Shown here: piece by piece, positions 37,801 through 51,360 of the stretch
How positions within the stretch are numbered: position 1 is the first letter of the stretch
How the letters are laid out: the number at the start of each line of letters is the position of its first letter
NCBI RefSeq assembly: GCF_001194135.2
Contig: NC_068985.1
Span: forward strand, 11,144,509 to 11,199,776
From: Octopus bimaculoides
Lineage: Eukaryota
DNA: 55,268 nt
Direction: 5' to 3'
Notes under the pieces: model-generated
What the model was told of the DNA's origin: nothing
Database searches by the model: none
What the model saw: the letters and a program-made list of their open reading frames with translations, nothing else
Made by a program: the position numbers and the translations under genes

Positions 37801-38557
37801 TGACCTCAATACAGACATACATACGCGCACAANNNNNNNNNNNNNNNNNNNNNNNNNNNNNNNNNNNNNNNNNNNNNNNNNNNNNNNNNNNNNNNNNNNN
37901 NNNNNNNNNNNNNNNNNNNNNNNNNNNNNNNNNNNNNNNNNNNNNNNNNNNNNNNNNNNNNNNNNNNNNNNNNNNNNNNNNNNNNNNNNNNNNNNNNNNN
38001 NNNNNNNNNNNNNNNNNNNNNNNNNNNNNNNNNNNNNNNNNNNNNNNNNNNNNNNNNNNNNNNNNNNNNNNNNNNNNNNNNNNNNNNNNNNNNNNNNNNN
38101 NNNNNNNNNNNNNNNNNNNNNNNNNNNNNNNNNNNNNNNNNNNNNNNNNNNNNNNNNNNNNNNNNNNNNNNNNNNNNNNNNNNNNNNNNNNNNNNNNNNN
38201 NNNNNNNNNNNNNNNNNNNNNNNNNNNNNNNNNNNNNNNNNNNNNNNNNNNNNNNNNNNNNNNNNNNNNNNNNNNNNNNNNNNNNNNNNNNNNNNNNNNN
38301 NNNNNNNNNNNNNNNNNNNNNNNNNNNNNNNNNNNNNNNNNNNNNNNNNNNNNNNNNNNNNNNNNNNNNNNNNNNNNNNNNNNNNNNNNNNNNNNNNNNN
38401 NNNNNNNNNNNNNNNNNNNNNNNNNNNNNNNNNNNNNNNNNNNNNNNNNNNNNNNNNNNNNNNNNNNNNNNNNNNNNNNNNNNNNNNNNNNNNNNNNNNN
38501 NNNNNNNNNNNNNNNNNNNNNNNNNNNNNNNNNNNNNNNNNNNNNNNNNNNNNNNNT

Positions 38558-38797
38558 CTGTATGTGTTTCCGTGTGCGCGTGTGTGTATATTTTGTCCCC
38601 CACCCAACATCACTTGACAACCGATGCTGGTGTGTTTACGTCTCCGTAACGTAGCGGTTCGGCAAAATAGACCGATAGAATAAGTGCTAGGCTTACAAAG
38701 AATAAGTCCTGGGGTCGATTTGCTCGACTAAAAGCGGTGCTCCAGCATGGCCGCAGTCAAATGACTGAAACAAGTAAAAGACTAAAAGAGTAAAAGT
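38558..38797 (+). mobile_element. SINE family A, 3' half (5' part may lie in the gap)
   Basis: Collinear with 1110-1320. Confidence 0.9.
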
Positions 38798-39652
38798 ACG
38801 GCTGCCAACCTTAATAAGTGAATTTCTTATCAATACACGTAATGAACTATAAGTACATTATTTATGCAAGCCTTCGACTTGATATAAGGACAAACATAAT
38901 GTAGTAAGATTCTATTTAAGTGCAAGTAGTAACATTTCCACTTTCTCGTTGTAGAGCACTGATGAAACTCGTAGATTCTAGATCCAGTTACTGAACATTA
39001 AATCGTATATTTCATAAAAATGCGTCATCCTGCTTATGGTTTTGCCATTTTTAAATCCTCGTGTCGATAATCGAATAAGTGAATTTCATATCAGCCATTA
39101 GAATAATACTGGTGCTTTATTTCTCTCTGACCTAAGCCATGAATGCAATTTTGATTGCTGAGCAGTTAAAATAATCACCAACAACAAAACTATTCACGCA
39201 TGTCATTTCGCAAGTTTTGTACTGCAAGGGACAGTCATGATGATGTGTTAATACGTATTTGGTTCCGTCACTATATAATACGTCATCATATCTAACTTGT
39301 GAATCTATGACACTTTATTCTCAGCAGAGACAACATCAGAGACTATAATTAATCTACAAAAACATCCGTTTACATAGATATTTCAACATGTGTGGGAAGA
39401 GATTGCAGTAAACGTGTAATATTTATTAATTTGGTGATATTTATTTCGAACCCATTTTCCCAAATTGGGTATATCTCAGCTAAATGTGTAAGATTTAAAA
39501 TAATGCGGGTCAAATTATTTTATGTGAAATGAAATGTAATTTTATTGAAATTGATCGTAATTAAGGTAAATGCAATAAAAATCCAATATTACAAACAATG
39601 ATATACTCACAATAGAATATATATCCAACTAATTAATTAGAAATCAGTGAAA

Positions 39653-39950
39653 GTCCGTGGTTTAATGGTTAGCTTATTCAGCTCACGGTCGCAATGTCAT
39701 GAGCTCCAGTTTGAGGCGGCGCCTTGTCGCCTTGAACAAAATAATTCATTTCACGTTGCTTCAGTTCGCTCTGCTGACAACTGAAAGGGCCATCCTTATC
39801 ATATTCTCTGTCAAGCTCAATCTCACTGAGATTTACGTTAAGGTTTCCGCGTGTGTCGAGTGCTCAGCTGATTGCGCCTTTTTTCAAGAGAAGGCTCTTC
39901 TGTTGATTCGATCAATTGAAACCTTCTTCCTCGTAACAGACGGATTGTTG
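39653..39950 (+). mobile_element. Old SINE with a distinct tRNA-like head and the family C tail
   Basis: Head GTCCGTGGTTTAATGGTTAG. The tail GAGTGCTCAGC...GTTGATTCGATCAATTGAAACC...CGTAACAGACGGA aligns to the C tail. Confidence 0.65.
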
Positions 39951-40173
39951 ACAGACGGAATGCTCGCAGACTGAGTGTCAGCTTACTAGTAATCAAACAT
40001 TGATCTGTACGTCGTTAAGCTTGAAATATAGTTATAGAGTTATCCCTCGACTATCGCATGCTATGTTGCACCCCGACGCGATAGGTTAAAATCCGCGAAG
40101 TAGAAACAACTGTATACTTCTTCTTCTTCTTCTTCTTCTTCTTATTATTATTATTATTATTATNNNNNNNNNN

Positions 40174-40217
<44 letters not shown>

Positions 40218-40464
40218 TTTTTTTTTTCTACATGTTTATTTTATTATAAATGCAGAACAACATCATAGAGGAATCGACGTAAGCTTAAATAATAAACCGC
40301 GATAGGTTAACGGCGATAGGTGAGCATCGATATCCTGATATCAAGCTGTAATTATGCATCAGCATAATTACACCTTGCTAAGTACATCGTTTTATAACGC
40401 ATGATATTCCTGAATGCACAACATAACGGGTTGCTCGTGGAATTAAAGGGATCTGGGTATTATT

Positions 40465-40632
40465 CTTTTCTTATTGTTTATTGCCCACAAGGGGCTAAAC
40501 ATAGAGGGGACAAACAAGGACAGACAAAGGGATTAAGTCGTTGGCCGAATTTGAACTCAGAACGCAGTGGCAGACGAAATACTGCTAAGAATTTCGCCCG
40601 GCGTGCTAACGTTTCTGCCAGCTAGCTGCCTT
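40465..40632 (-). mobile_element. SINE family B, tail type 1, central domain deleted, 16-bp TSD
   Basis: TSD GGATCTGGGTATTATT at 40449-40464 and 40633-40648. The head joins almost directly to CGACTTAATCCCTTTGTCTGTCC. Confidence 0.9.
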
Positions 40633-41443
40633 GGATCTGGGTATTATTGACCAAGCAAAATAACTGTCACTGGGAAGTTTCTTTAAAGGTATCTTCGGAC
40701 CATGATTTTTGCTATTCGTCAGGTATTTAACAGAAAATGTTTCTTAAGATATAATGCATGGGAAAGAAATAAAATTTGATTATTATTAGGTCTGAATTAA
40801 TAATTATTTAAATGACAACAGTCATGTTGTAATACGTTGTGTATTGAAAGAATAGACGACGAATATTTCATTGCTATTTGCTGATGTTGCCAAGATAGAT
40901 CAATACGGCATTAATAATAATAATGACAGCGATAATGATAAAACAACAACAAAACGATGACGAAAGACGACGACGGTGGTGGTGGTTTTGGTGGTAGTCA
41001 TTGTGATGATGATAGCGATGATGATTGACATCAAAAGTGAAATAAAGACTGAAAATCGACAACAGATGAGAAAAATGAAACGAGAGATTAAATTTGTGCG
41101 AAAAGAAATTTGATAAAGAAAGGATGTAAACTGTTGTGAATTAGAGAGAATGGAAAAGAGTATAAAATCTTATGACTGAAGAAAAGACTTTGAAAAGTAG
41201 ATTTATCAATTATTTAAGTGAGTTAATTAAATGTGTTGATATATTGACAATTAAAAGCCAATCTAATGGAAATATATTAACTGATATAAATAATTTAAAT
41301 GCATCTGAACCGTTAGGAAATCTAATCTTTCAAGTAAATATCTTGAAATGAAAAGGCATTTGATAGTATACAAAATACTTGTGAAACATACTTCATTTGA
41401 TAACGAAAAGAATAAAGCAATGCGCTTCTTTATTATGTGTTAT

Positions 41444-41574
41444 GTGGAGACGCAATGGCCCAGTGGCTAAGGCAGCGGACTCGCGGTCGTAGGATCGCGG
41501 TTTCGATTACAAGATCGGTCGTTGTAAGTGTTTTTAAGAGAAAACAACTAAACCTCCGCGTGGTTCCGGCAGTG
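41444..41574 (+). mobile_element. SINE family C, head only
   Basis: GTGGAGACGCAATGGCCCAGTGGCTAAGGCAGCGGACTCGCGG... Confidence 0.85.
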
Positions 41575-43151
41575 TTTGTTATTAATCAATCGTAACAAAC
41601 ATCGCTCCCAGTATGAAAGGCATTTGTAGTAAACATACCTTACACGTTGATGGAGGGAACATTTTAGACTGAAATAGGTGCATTAGGTTGTAAGTTTGCG
41701 GATTTAATTAGATGTTTTCAAATTATGTTGTAATAATTATACAAATTATATTACAATTATTATTTTGGCTAAAATTTCTAAAGTATTATTTTAAGTCATG
41801 CTTAATGAAAGCAATTAACAGATTGCAAAATAAGAATTACAAGAAAAGAAACAGCTGGATATTAAATTAGTTTGTAGTTAAAAAAATGAAAGCAGTGGGA
41901 AAAAAATCTGCAATCCAAATGGTATGGTGTGAAAATAAAGTTGGACGAGAATTAAGATTTAAGATAGAAAAAAAAATGCATTTTATGAGCTTAAACCAAT
42001 CCAGGAAAATTACAGACATGTTTAACATTGGCAGTCAGAAGAAATTTAGAACAAGATAATAATCCGTACATTTATGTTTTACATTACCTCAGGTACGTAT
42101 ATCTTAATGCTAGGATGCGTTCATATATCTCTGTGGCAGACACCATCTGCTATTCTCCTACTACTGGAAAAAGTAGCCCACTTAAATATCTTTGATAAGA
42201 TATCAATATACGTGTATATAAACTCAACTAAACAGCTTATCTGAATCAATATCAAAGTTCGTTTATAAACTGTGGTAAATAGCAACAGGAATTTCTTTAA
42301 TATATGTACAATTCTTCATTTCCTAAACTCGGGTATGGAGACATTTTTAAACATGTAATACAAAATCCATTTATCATTTTTCAGCAATACGATAAATCAA
42401 TATTTGCAATTCATTACATCGATATGAGTCAATATTTATATTTCATGGAATCAATAGTTGTGATTATTTAAATCAATATTAGCAAATGAACGTTATTTGT
42501 TGAATACCGAAGATTCGTATTAGTATTTACAAATCTTAACTACCGGCATTAAGAGTGCTGGCGTTTGTTCTGTCCTTCGTATATAGCTTTTGTTCTTTAC
42601 TGTAACTCTGAATTATTTGCTTTGTCCATTGTTCTCTACAATGCCCAAACTCGGTACACGACCTCTAGTTTTTCAACAGTTTGTACAGGTAAATATCATC
42701 GAAAATTATAATAGACATTCTACAAAATAACATTTCGTTGGTGAGGCTTCCAGTATTCATATCAACTGAACACAAAATACAACTCATTCCCTAATGTTCT
42801 CTCTATTTTATATATATGCATATCTTCAGCCATTTTTCAATAATTATATTTTCCATATCGCTGACAGATTTTCTCTAGCTTATCACTTATCGAGTCCTTA
42901 TATGATTGCTAAATATCTCATGTGTTTGTTTAGCATTGAATTTGTATTGCGTCGTTCAGAAGAGTTCATTTTCATTTTTCTCATAGGATTTTTGTAAGAA
43001 TGAAAAGCAAGATTTTCATTCATACAATAATTTACAAATGCTGAATTCAATAGTCTTATTTTTTGTTTAGTTTGTATTAGAAGTATGTAACTAAAAGCCA
43101 TTGATATGTATATAGCAGTCTGTAAGTATAAGATTCTTTCCGCTTATAAGC

Positions 43152-43442
43152 GGTACTCCGTCGGTTACGACGACGACGAGGGTTCCAGTTGATCCGATCA
43201 ACGGAACAGCCTGCTTGTGAAATTAACTTGCAAGTGACTGAGTCAGCATTCCTCAGACACGTGTACAATTAACATAGTTCTCGGAGAGATTCAGCGTGAC
43301 ACAGAGCGGGACAAGGCTGGCCCCTTTGAAATACAGGTACAACAGAAACAGGAAGAAAGAGTGGGAGAAAGTTGCAGTGAAAGAGTACTGCAGATTTCAC
43401 CACCATCCCCTGCCGGAGTCTCGTGGAGCTTTAGGTGTTTGC
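43152..43442 (-). mobile_element. SINE family C, body and tail; head side replaced by (CCT)n and a gap
   Basis: Collinear with 18826-19110. Confidence 0.88.
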
Positions 43443-44199
43443 GCCCCTCCTCCTCCTCCTCCTCCTCTTCCACCTCCTCTTCCTCCTCCCCTCCTGCTCC
43501 TGCTCCTGCTCCTGCTCCTCCTGCTCCTNNNNNNNNNNNNNNNNNNNNNNNNNNNNNNNNNNNNNNNNNNNNNNNNNNNNNNNNNNNNNNNNNNNNNNNN
43601 NNNNNNNNNNNNNNNNNNNNNNNNNNNNNNNNNNNNNNNNNNNNNNNNNNNNNNNNNNNNNNNNNNNNNNNNNNNNNNNNNNNNNNNNNNNNNNNNNNNN
43701 NNNNNNNNNNNNNNNNNNNNNNNNNNNNNNNNNNNNNNNNNNNNNNNNNNNNNNNNNNNNNNNNNNNNNNNNNNNNNNNNNNNNNNNNNNNNNNNNNNNN
43801 NNNNNNNNNNNNNNNNNNNNNNNNNNNNNNNNNNNNNNNNNNNNNNNNNNNNNNNNNNNNNNNNNNNNNNNNNNNNNNNNNNNNNNNNNNNNNNNNNNNN
43901 GTGGATTCCTATCTGCTCTCTACGGTACCATGCTATTTGTTGTCCTCAATTATCTAATACTTCCCTTGATGATTCTATCGAAGAGGCAAACTTTTTGGTA
44001 CAGCGCTACTGGGCACCCTATTCTTATTTCCTTCTTATTACTCTCAATACCTTCTGATACTATACCTAAGGCCCCCCTCCCCCAAATAACTGGTACTCCC
44101 TTCACATTCTCCATTTTCCACGGTCGATCTTCCTTGTGTTTGAATGTTTTGCAAACAACTTGCACATACAAGTGCTATCAGTGGAAAGCTCCGCATACC

Positions 44200-44620
44200 G
44201 GAAGCCAGCAAGTGTATGGGGTCATCAGGAGGGAATGCGTACCGTTTCGGGGCCACCCTCTCGACAGCATCATTGCGTACCGGCCCCACTCATTGACATT
44301 AGGCCCCGCTTGCTAGATTAACTGGTTATCAAATAAAGCCCAACAATCATTCTAGCCATCGCTCATCGTCGCTTTGTAACCAAATCCGGTGGCTAGCCTT
44401 TTCCACTGTAGTTTGGATATCGTTCATGGTGGTATTTACTTTACGATGGACTAGGCCTAACGACAACTGCATATTCCTGATTTTTTGCCTTCTTTCTTGA
44501 GTATTTGTGGGTAAAATGGGCGTGCAACCACAATCATAGAGAACACGTGGTTCACCACTGCTAGGTTCGGCTTGCTGCATTCAAGTACCTGGTAACATTT
44601 GCCTAATCTCTAAGTTAAGC
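44200..44620 (-). mobile_element. Decayed 3' end of an RLE-type non-LTR retrotransposon (HERO/NeSL-like)
   Basis: ...LGLVHRKVNTTMNDIQTTVEKASHRIWLQSDDERW resembles the C-terminal E-x-AS-x-W-L-W-L-x-R...W motif. An upstream, frameshifted VGC-like RLE remnant is present. Confidence 0.5.
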
Positions 44621-44700
44621 GTCTTAAGCGCACCAATATCGTTCTCATATACAATCGCAAAGTTATACATACTCACACGCACACACTCACCCACACACAC

Positions 44701-44790
44701 ATATATACGACGAGCTTTTAGATTCCGTCGACAAAATCCACCCACGACGATTTGGTTGGTCCGACGCAATGATCAAAGATATTTGCCGAA
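44701..44790 (-). mobile_element. SINE family A fragment, diverged
   Basis: TACGACGAGCTTTTAGATTCCGTCGACAAAATCCACCCAC...TTGGTTGGTCCGA aligns to the A head region. Confidence 0.65.
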
Positions 44791-44794
44791 ATTG

Positions 44795-44948
44795 CACACT
44801 CTGTGTCACGCTGAATCTCCACGAAAACTACATTGAGGGTACACGTTGTGTCTGTGGAGTGCTCAGCCACTTGCACGTTAATTTCACGAGCAATCTGTTC
44901 CGTTGATCGGATCAACTGGAACCCTCGTCGTCGTAACCGACGGACTAC
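44795..44948 (+). mobile_element. SINE family C tail (5'-truncated)
   Basis: CACACTCTGTGTCACGCTGAATCTC...TGGAACCCTCGTCGTCGTAACCGACGGA. Confidence 0.88.
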
Positions 44949-45009
44949 CACGATATACAAACATACATCCTTCATACGTACACACATATAAGTACAAACG
45001 CACACACAC

Positions 45010-45047
<38 letters not shown>

Positions 45048-47167
45048 ACACACACACACAAACATTCGGTAGAAGATACACAGATCGCTACGTAGAGAGA
45101 AAGATAAATTCACAGAGATATTAATAACTGTGTAATATCAGGAATCCATTGGATATCGCTAATATAGTTGTTTTTCTGTAGTCAGTTTAACAGTGATAGT
45201 TTGAACATAAAAGCTTTCAGATTTTAAACGATGACCATTAAAACATAAACTGCTTCTAAACATATTATAAATATATAATTTTATAGTGTGGTATTTTGTC
45301 ACAGTATTGCGCCTCCTACACAATACACATACAGACTCACATCTTCAAGAGAATTTTGTATGTATATATGCATGTATGTAGATATGTATGTATGCATGCA
45401 TTCATCTATTTATGCATGTAAGTAGGTATGTATGCATATATGCATGCATGAATGCACATATGTATGTATGCAAGTATGCGTATAAATATGGGTGTGTGCG
45501 TGTATATTTATTGAATATTTATTAGAAGCATCTATCTCCTATATGTTTTTTAACTGCCAATCTATAATCTTACTAGCAAGTCAAGTGCAACACTTAAGCT
45601 TCAAACGCCATTAGAATGTTAACTTAACATTTATGATGAATATAGAAGGAATATATTCAAGTAACAAAAAGAACTGGGTGTATATTTAAGGAAGTATACG
45701 GTAAGCAACTTCACATTCAATATTTTATACTGGTAGCTAAGTATACAATGATATGATCCAGGCTACAAATCAATTTAGTATTTATTCTTTTTTTATAACT
45801 GTTAAACACAATCGCTTTTCCGTCGGGATTTTTGATGTATTTAGCCTGGGTTTGAGATCGAAAGCATTTCTTTTGTCTCTCTATAGGAAACTGATATATG
45901 GTTTGTTCGAACAAGTTATCTTTTCCAATATTTATCACATACATTTCAATGTTTACTTTCAGTAGTATTTACTGTAATAAATTTTATTTTAATCACGGAT
46001 ATATTTTCTGCTCTCTTGGCCATTTTATCCATTACCGTATGTCCATTAGGGGATTACATAATCGTTTCTCTATGAAATGAAACTATACTAATATATATAT
46101 ATATACATGCTTCTGCAAATGGTAGTGAGCTGCAACATTAACAAGGCCTCAAGATTTGTGGTGGGTAAGTTTTACTTGCTTAAGTTTTTGCAGAATTTCA
46201 TGATAATCCTCTGTTCCATCTCTCAAAGAGAAAAATCATTTTCAGTCACGCAGGTATTGGAATCGAGAATGTGAAAATTATAACTCTACACTGTTATTTA
46301 TTTTAAGCGCATATCTACGAAATCTGCCATCGAAAACGTATATAACAACAACAAATACAATAAGATTGCTGCTGTGTAGAACATATCCGTATAGCAGAAG
46401 CACTTTCCTTCTTTTAGATCTAAATTTTAATCCCGTAAAAATAAAAAAAGACCGAAAAAGACAAAAAACTGTATCACATGTTAGTGAAAATGAAATGGTC
46501 ACTAGATACCTAAATGATATTCACAATATTAACGTGGTTTCGAAGCTAAATCGAGATTCCTAACCGCCTCACTTATTTTCGAATAGTCATGTATATCAAA
46601 AAAGTATAAGAGATATATAAATAAATGAGTTTAAATTATAGAAAATTTGAAAGGTTAGTTCATTATTATTCATGTGGCATTTATTAACGCTATGATTGTT
46701 CTAAATATCACTGTACCACATTGACGTTTAGCAAATAAAATGGGATACCCACATAGACATGTATTCCTACCGTACATCTCCACCACATACATATATCTTC
46801 TTATATTTAATGAGAATATGTTTGCAAACACATTCGTGGAAATATAGTTACACACAGTGCATACATACGTACACACATAAAATATGAATACATATGTATA
46901 TAATACATAAATGTATATATATATATACATANNNNNNNNNNNNNNNNNNNNNNNNNNNNNNNNNNNNNNNNNNNNNNNNNNNNNNNNNNNNNNNNNNNNN
47001 NNNNNNNNNNNNNNNNNNNNNNNNNNNNNNNNNNNNNNNNNNNNNNNNNNNNNNNNNNNNNNNNNNNNNNNNNNNNNNNNNNNNNNNNNNNNNNNNNNNN
47101 NNNNNNNNNNNNNNNNNNNNNNNNNNNNNNNNNNNNNNNNNNNNNNNNNNNNNNNNNNNNNNNNNNN

Positions 47168-47198
<31 letters not shown>

Positions 47199-47331
47199 GG
47201 GATTACCCACGTATATAGAGAATGTTTAAAGCACATTTGCTTTGGAAATTCCCTTTTGTGAATAAGCTGGTGCGGAATTCCCAGATATAAAGATTAGAAC
47301 ATATGCATGCGCGCGCACAGAGCAAACAAAT

Positions 47332-47366
<35 letters not shown>

Positions 47367-47780
47367 AAGGAGCAACCACACTGACATTCACATTTATTGT
47401 CTCCAGCATAGAAACATCCCCACGTGATAACTGTGTAGTTTTTAGAAAATAGTTTGCTCTATTTTGATTAAATTCCTTTTTAAATAATTTAGGGAATTCA
47501 TTACTCAGAGAAATTATTTCTACTTGTCAAAATTTTCTGTGAAATCTCACGTAGGTTCTACACAAATATATATTAAATGTTGTATCATTTCCATACTCTT
47601 TCTACAAAATACAAATGTCATTTGATGTAACAGCTACATTGTGTAACACTATCATCACTTCACACAGATAACATGCAGGCATGGACGTGGGTGTTTAAAA
47701 TATTTATTTTATCCTCCCCATGTACTGGATATCGATACATCCAAAGGCTGAAACGTGTTAAAGAATAAAACAATAAAAGA

Positions 47781-47825
<45 letters not shown>

Positions 47826-48713
47826 TATCAAAAGGATAGTTCGTTTGTTACAAATAATGCACTTCGGATATATTATATTCAACATGAATATTCGTTCCCG
47901 ATACGATATCCTGACGTTTATTGCGATTCAGCCACATTTTCGGATCTTTGATGTTAACTGCACTCAAACCGATTTTTATGCGCATTTCCTTCACTCATGT
48001 AATTTTCCATAGCAATTTCGAAAATCATAACATTTTATTGAATAATTTAATACCGAAGAATTTTATGAACATCGAAATATGGATACTTTTGTAATTGTAG
48101 ACGATAATATTTATCCAATCTCGGCATCTCATCCAAAAGACCATTGCAGAATATCACGTTTGCATAGAAACGGACTGAAACTATTGCTGCATTAAGGTTC
48201 GGTCCAAGGCTAAGACTATCCTGAAGGTTTAAGGATAGGTTTTAGGCTTTAGGGTTAATCTGTAAAGTTAGGCTCCAGGATGACGGCCACACTTAGTGTT
48301 ACGGTTTGCAATATATCACAGTATCTCATTCTAAAATATTAATTTGTCTTTTAATTAGTTGTTCATTAATTATTTTCAAGGACCTTGTGTTATTTTTATA
48401 ATCTCACCCTCCACCACCAAAAAGCAAAAAAACAAAATAAGAATATGTTACAGGTAATTTAGTAATGTAGTTACTAACTCATCAAAAAAGCAGGCATGCC
48501 GTTTCCCATACCATCGTCACGGTGTGTAAAGAAAGGATAAATCAAATACTACACGAAATATAATTTCAAAGTTTCGGAGGAGTTTTGCTATAAATTTTTC
48601 CGAAGACAAAAGAAGTAGGACTCTTTGCAGTTGGCATGCAAACCTATATCTTTAAAATATCTTTAAAATGTCTTTTAAATGTTTTAGCTTCAAATCTGCG
48701 ATCTGTATAGACA

Positions 48714-49617
48714 TCTATACTATAAATTGCAGTGTTCTTGATTGCTTGATTGCTTGATTGAGTGTCGGCAGATTCACTCGAGAACGGTGCAGTGGAATCA
48801 CATGAAATTCAGCACAGAGCGGCAGCATGGTCCGCTCATGTTCAGGAGATTTTTATTGCCCTCCAACTCCCATGGTTACCGAGATAATCGATTATTACGT
48901 TTTAAGATAGGAATATCCCATTCAAAGTGGGGAGGGGCGATTTTGTTGCCTTTCCCATGCGCGAAATTTTACGAAAAACTAGCACAATAAAGATTATTTG
49001 TTTCCAAGTTATGTGGCTGGGTGTGTTTTTCGAAAATTTTAATCAGAAGCACGTAAAAAAATTATTTCAATTTTTTGTGCATTGAAAAAAAAAAAAGGCT
49101 ATAGCTTACGCTCTTTCTAATTACTATGTTTTTTTTAAACTTCAGTTACAAATGTCTTCAAACGTCGACATTCAAATAGCTTTTCCATATTGAGACAAAC
49201 GGACTCTGCACAATTGTATCCACCCAGGAACGCGTTTTCAATAATTGAAATTCACAATTCTAATCAGCGTACATGAACGTCCACCCTATGATTGATCTTG
49301 AACAATTTCGATTAACATTCTTGTGTCGCCAATACAACAACCGCACTAACATATATTTTTCTTTTAAGGCGAGGTTATTCCACAAATAAGGTCCCGTGAC
49401 TACATGGAGCTATGGGTATACACGTGAAGTTAGTTTTACAATATCGACCCGCAAAATCCTTAGCATCGTATTGTTTTTGGGTGGTTCTTACTTTTTTTTT
49501 GTTTTTGGAATTTTTGTTTTTTAGTTTTAGTTCTTTTTATTATTCAAAATATACATAGGAAATAGCCTTTAATCAAATCCACCACAATGCCCGAGTGAAA
49601 CCGGGAAAAACAGCTAG
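48714..49617 (+). mobile_element. Non-autonomous Helitron (both termini)
   Basis: 5' end A|TCTATACTATAAA with a subterminal (TTGA/TTGC)n. 3' hairpin CCCGAGTGAAACCGGG (49590-49605), then CTAG|T at 49614-49617. Inserted in an A-T dinucleotide. Pairing of the two ends is inferred. Confidence 0.7.
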
Positions 49618-51360
49618 TTTTCATTTAATTTGAACATTCTGGGTTAAATCAGAAAGACCCACCACATCTGACAGTACAAATGTTAGCCTAGAATCTTTCA
49701 TTTTTAGACGAGGAAATTAATCGTAGAATATACCGATAAAATGTATGAAAACTCCATATGACTTAATGTGAAGTAGAGATATAAGATCACTGATTAAAAC
49801 TGTATCGTGTTATGGATTACAGTAAAATTCTCTTACTATGTAAATTATATATTGCTATCAGCTTGTATTTACTGTGAATGTTATTTAAATTACGACTCTA
49901 CGATATAATGGAATATTGACGGTTGAAATTATATAATAAAATAAATTCTTATTAGGTATTTGACGCATCATATATATCATAATAAAAACGCTGGTATCAG
50001 GCATTTGAGCTACCCATTCGTAGTCACGTAACCTATTTCATAATATTGTCCTCGGTGTATTTGTAATATATTTGTGCAGACATAACTAGCCATGGCGGTA
50101 TTTATATTTCTAACTCCAAAGACAAGGACGGCTGCTTCCGTAATCCAAGTAAATTACATTTCATAGCTACTTAGACCCTTCCGGCAAAGCGCATGTCGTG
50201 TCTGTTTCTAAACCCAAAAGAATAAAAAAAATTAAAAAAACTATAATCGTTTCGTGATATTACATATAACATGAAAAGAATCATTCCTACCACTTACTGA
50301 CAGCGGAACATTTTCCAGATAGATAATGCTTTTAACACTTCAAATATAAATTACGTCAAGTCAGTGGATAGAACATCATTACTGTCATCTTTATTTGACC
50401 TTTTTAAATCTCAATTTCAGTAATATATACAATATCCAATAACTTACATTATATAATATATTTGCAAGATAGATGATTATATACATATAACCATTCAAGG
50501 TATACATTTAACCATTAAATAAAATGTTATATTGTGTGTTGATAGTTGCACTGGTAGTCAAAAATGTTTCATAGGACTTGTAGCAAAGAGTAATTCGGGC
50601 CATGATTCAAAACATTTTTGTGTTCACTTATTTATTTATTCATTTATTTGTTCTTTAGCTTCATGGCATCCTTATCAGTGTTGAAACCAATGTTTACCGA
50701 GCAAGGGATCACAGATTCTATTCCGATTCATGCTATTTTAGTTCGTAACTTTTCCTTTTCCTTTGAGGAGCATTGCATAAGATAGAGGCAAATCTTGTCA
50801 CACAGCCTCAGTTAGTTTTGACAAGCAACTAAAAAGAGCATCGCCGATATATGCTATTGTAGCGGGCTGAAAATCTTCGATCAAGCTAAAATTTATACCC
50901 CATTACTAGAAACAAACCAATCAAGAAAAATTTAAAATCTACGTACAACACGGAATAACAAAAACCCCAACAAGATCAGCTTATCAATATAAGATGGTTT
51001 CTCAAAAATCAACAGACAAAAAAGAAAGATATCATTAACAATAGAAGCGAATAGTGTATCTGGTTTCCAATCACATTGATCATGTACATAATTAACATCA
51101 ACACACACGCAGTATCGTCATAACATTACTGCATCATTTAATCATTTATTAACTATTTCTATGTTTCACTTGCACATCACCCGAGTGGTACTGACAAGCC
51201 ACATGCAAAAACTAAATAAATAAAAGCGCGCATCTTTAATTAATCAGGTCATTTTCCTGATGAATTCGTTTCGTCTAGCTTTCAAGTATATTGCTTTTAC
51301 GTTATATTCTTCATTTTAACAAAGTAAAATATAAAGGGACTGTTGCAGCTCCTTTACGAA

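Noticed and set aside
18826-41574. tRNA genes
   Set aside because: The A/B-box segments are SINE heads followed by SINE bodies, with no complete cloverleaf.
44215-44295. Second hammerhead-like motif on the minus strand (GUC, GAAAC, CUGAUGA)
   Set aside because: Stems I and III can be partly paired, but the segment order does not fit a standard topology. Stem II cannot form (CCCC before GAAA vs CCCC after CUGAUGA).
50088-50170. GCCATGG Kozak-like start with nearby YY1/ETS-like motifs
   Set aside because: The frame closes after about 24 codons and I found no compatible downstream exon.
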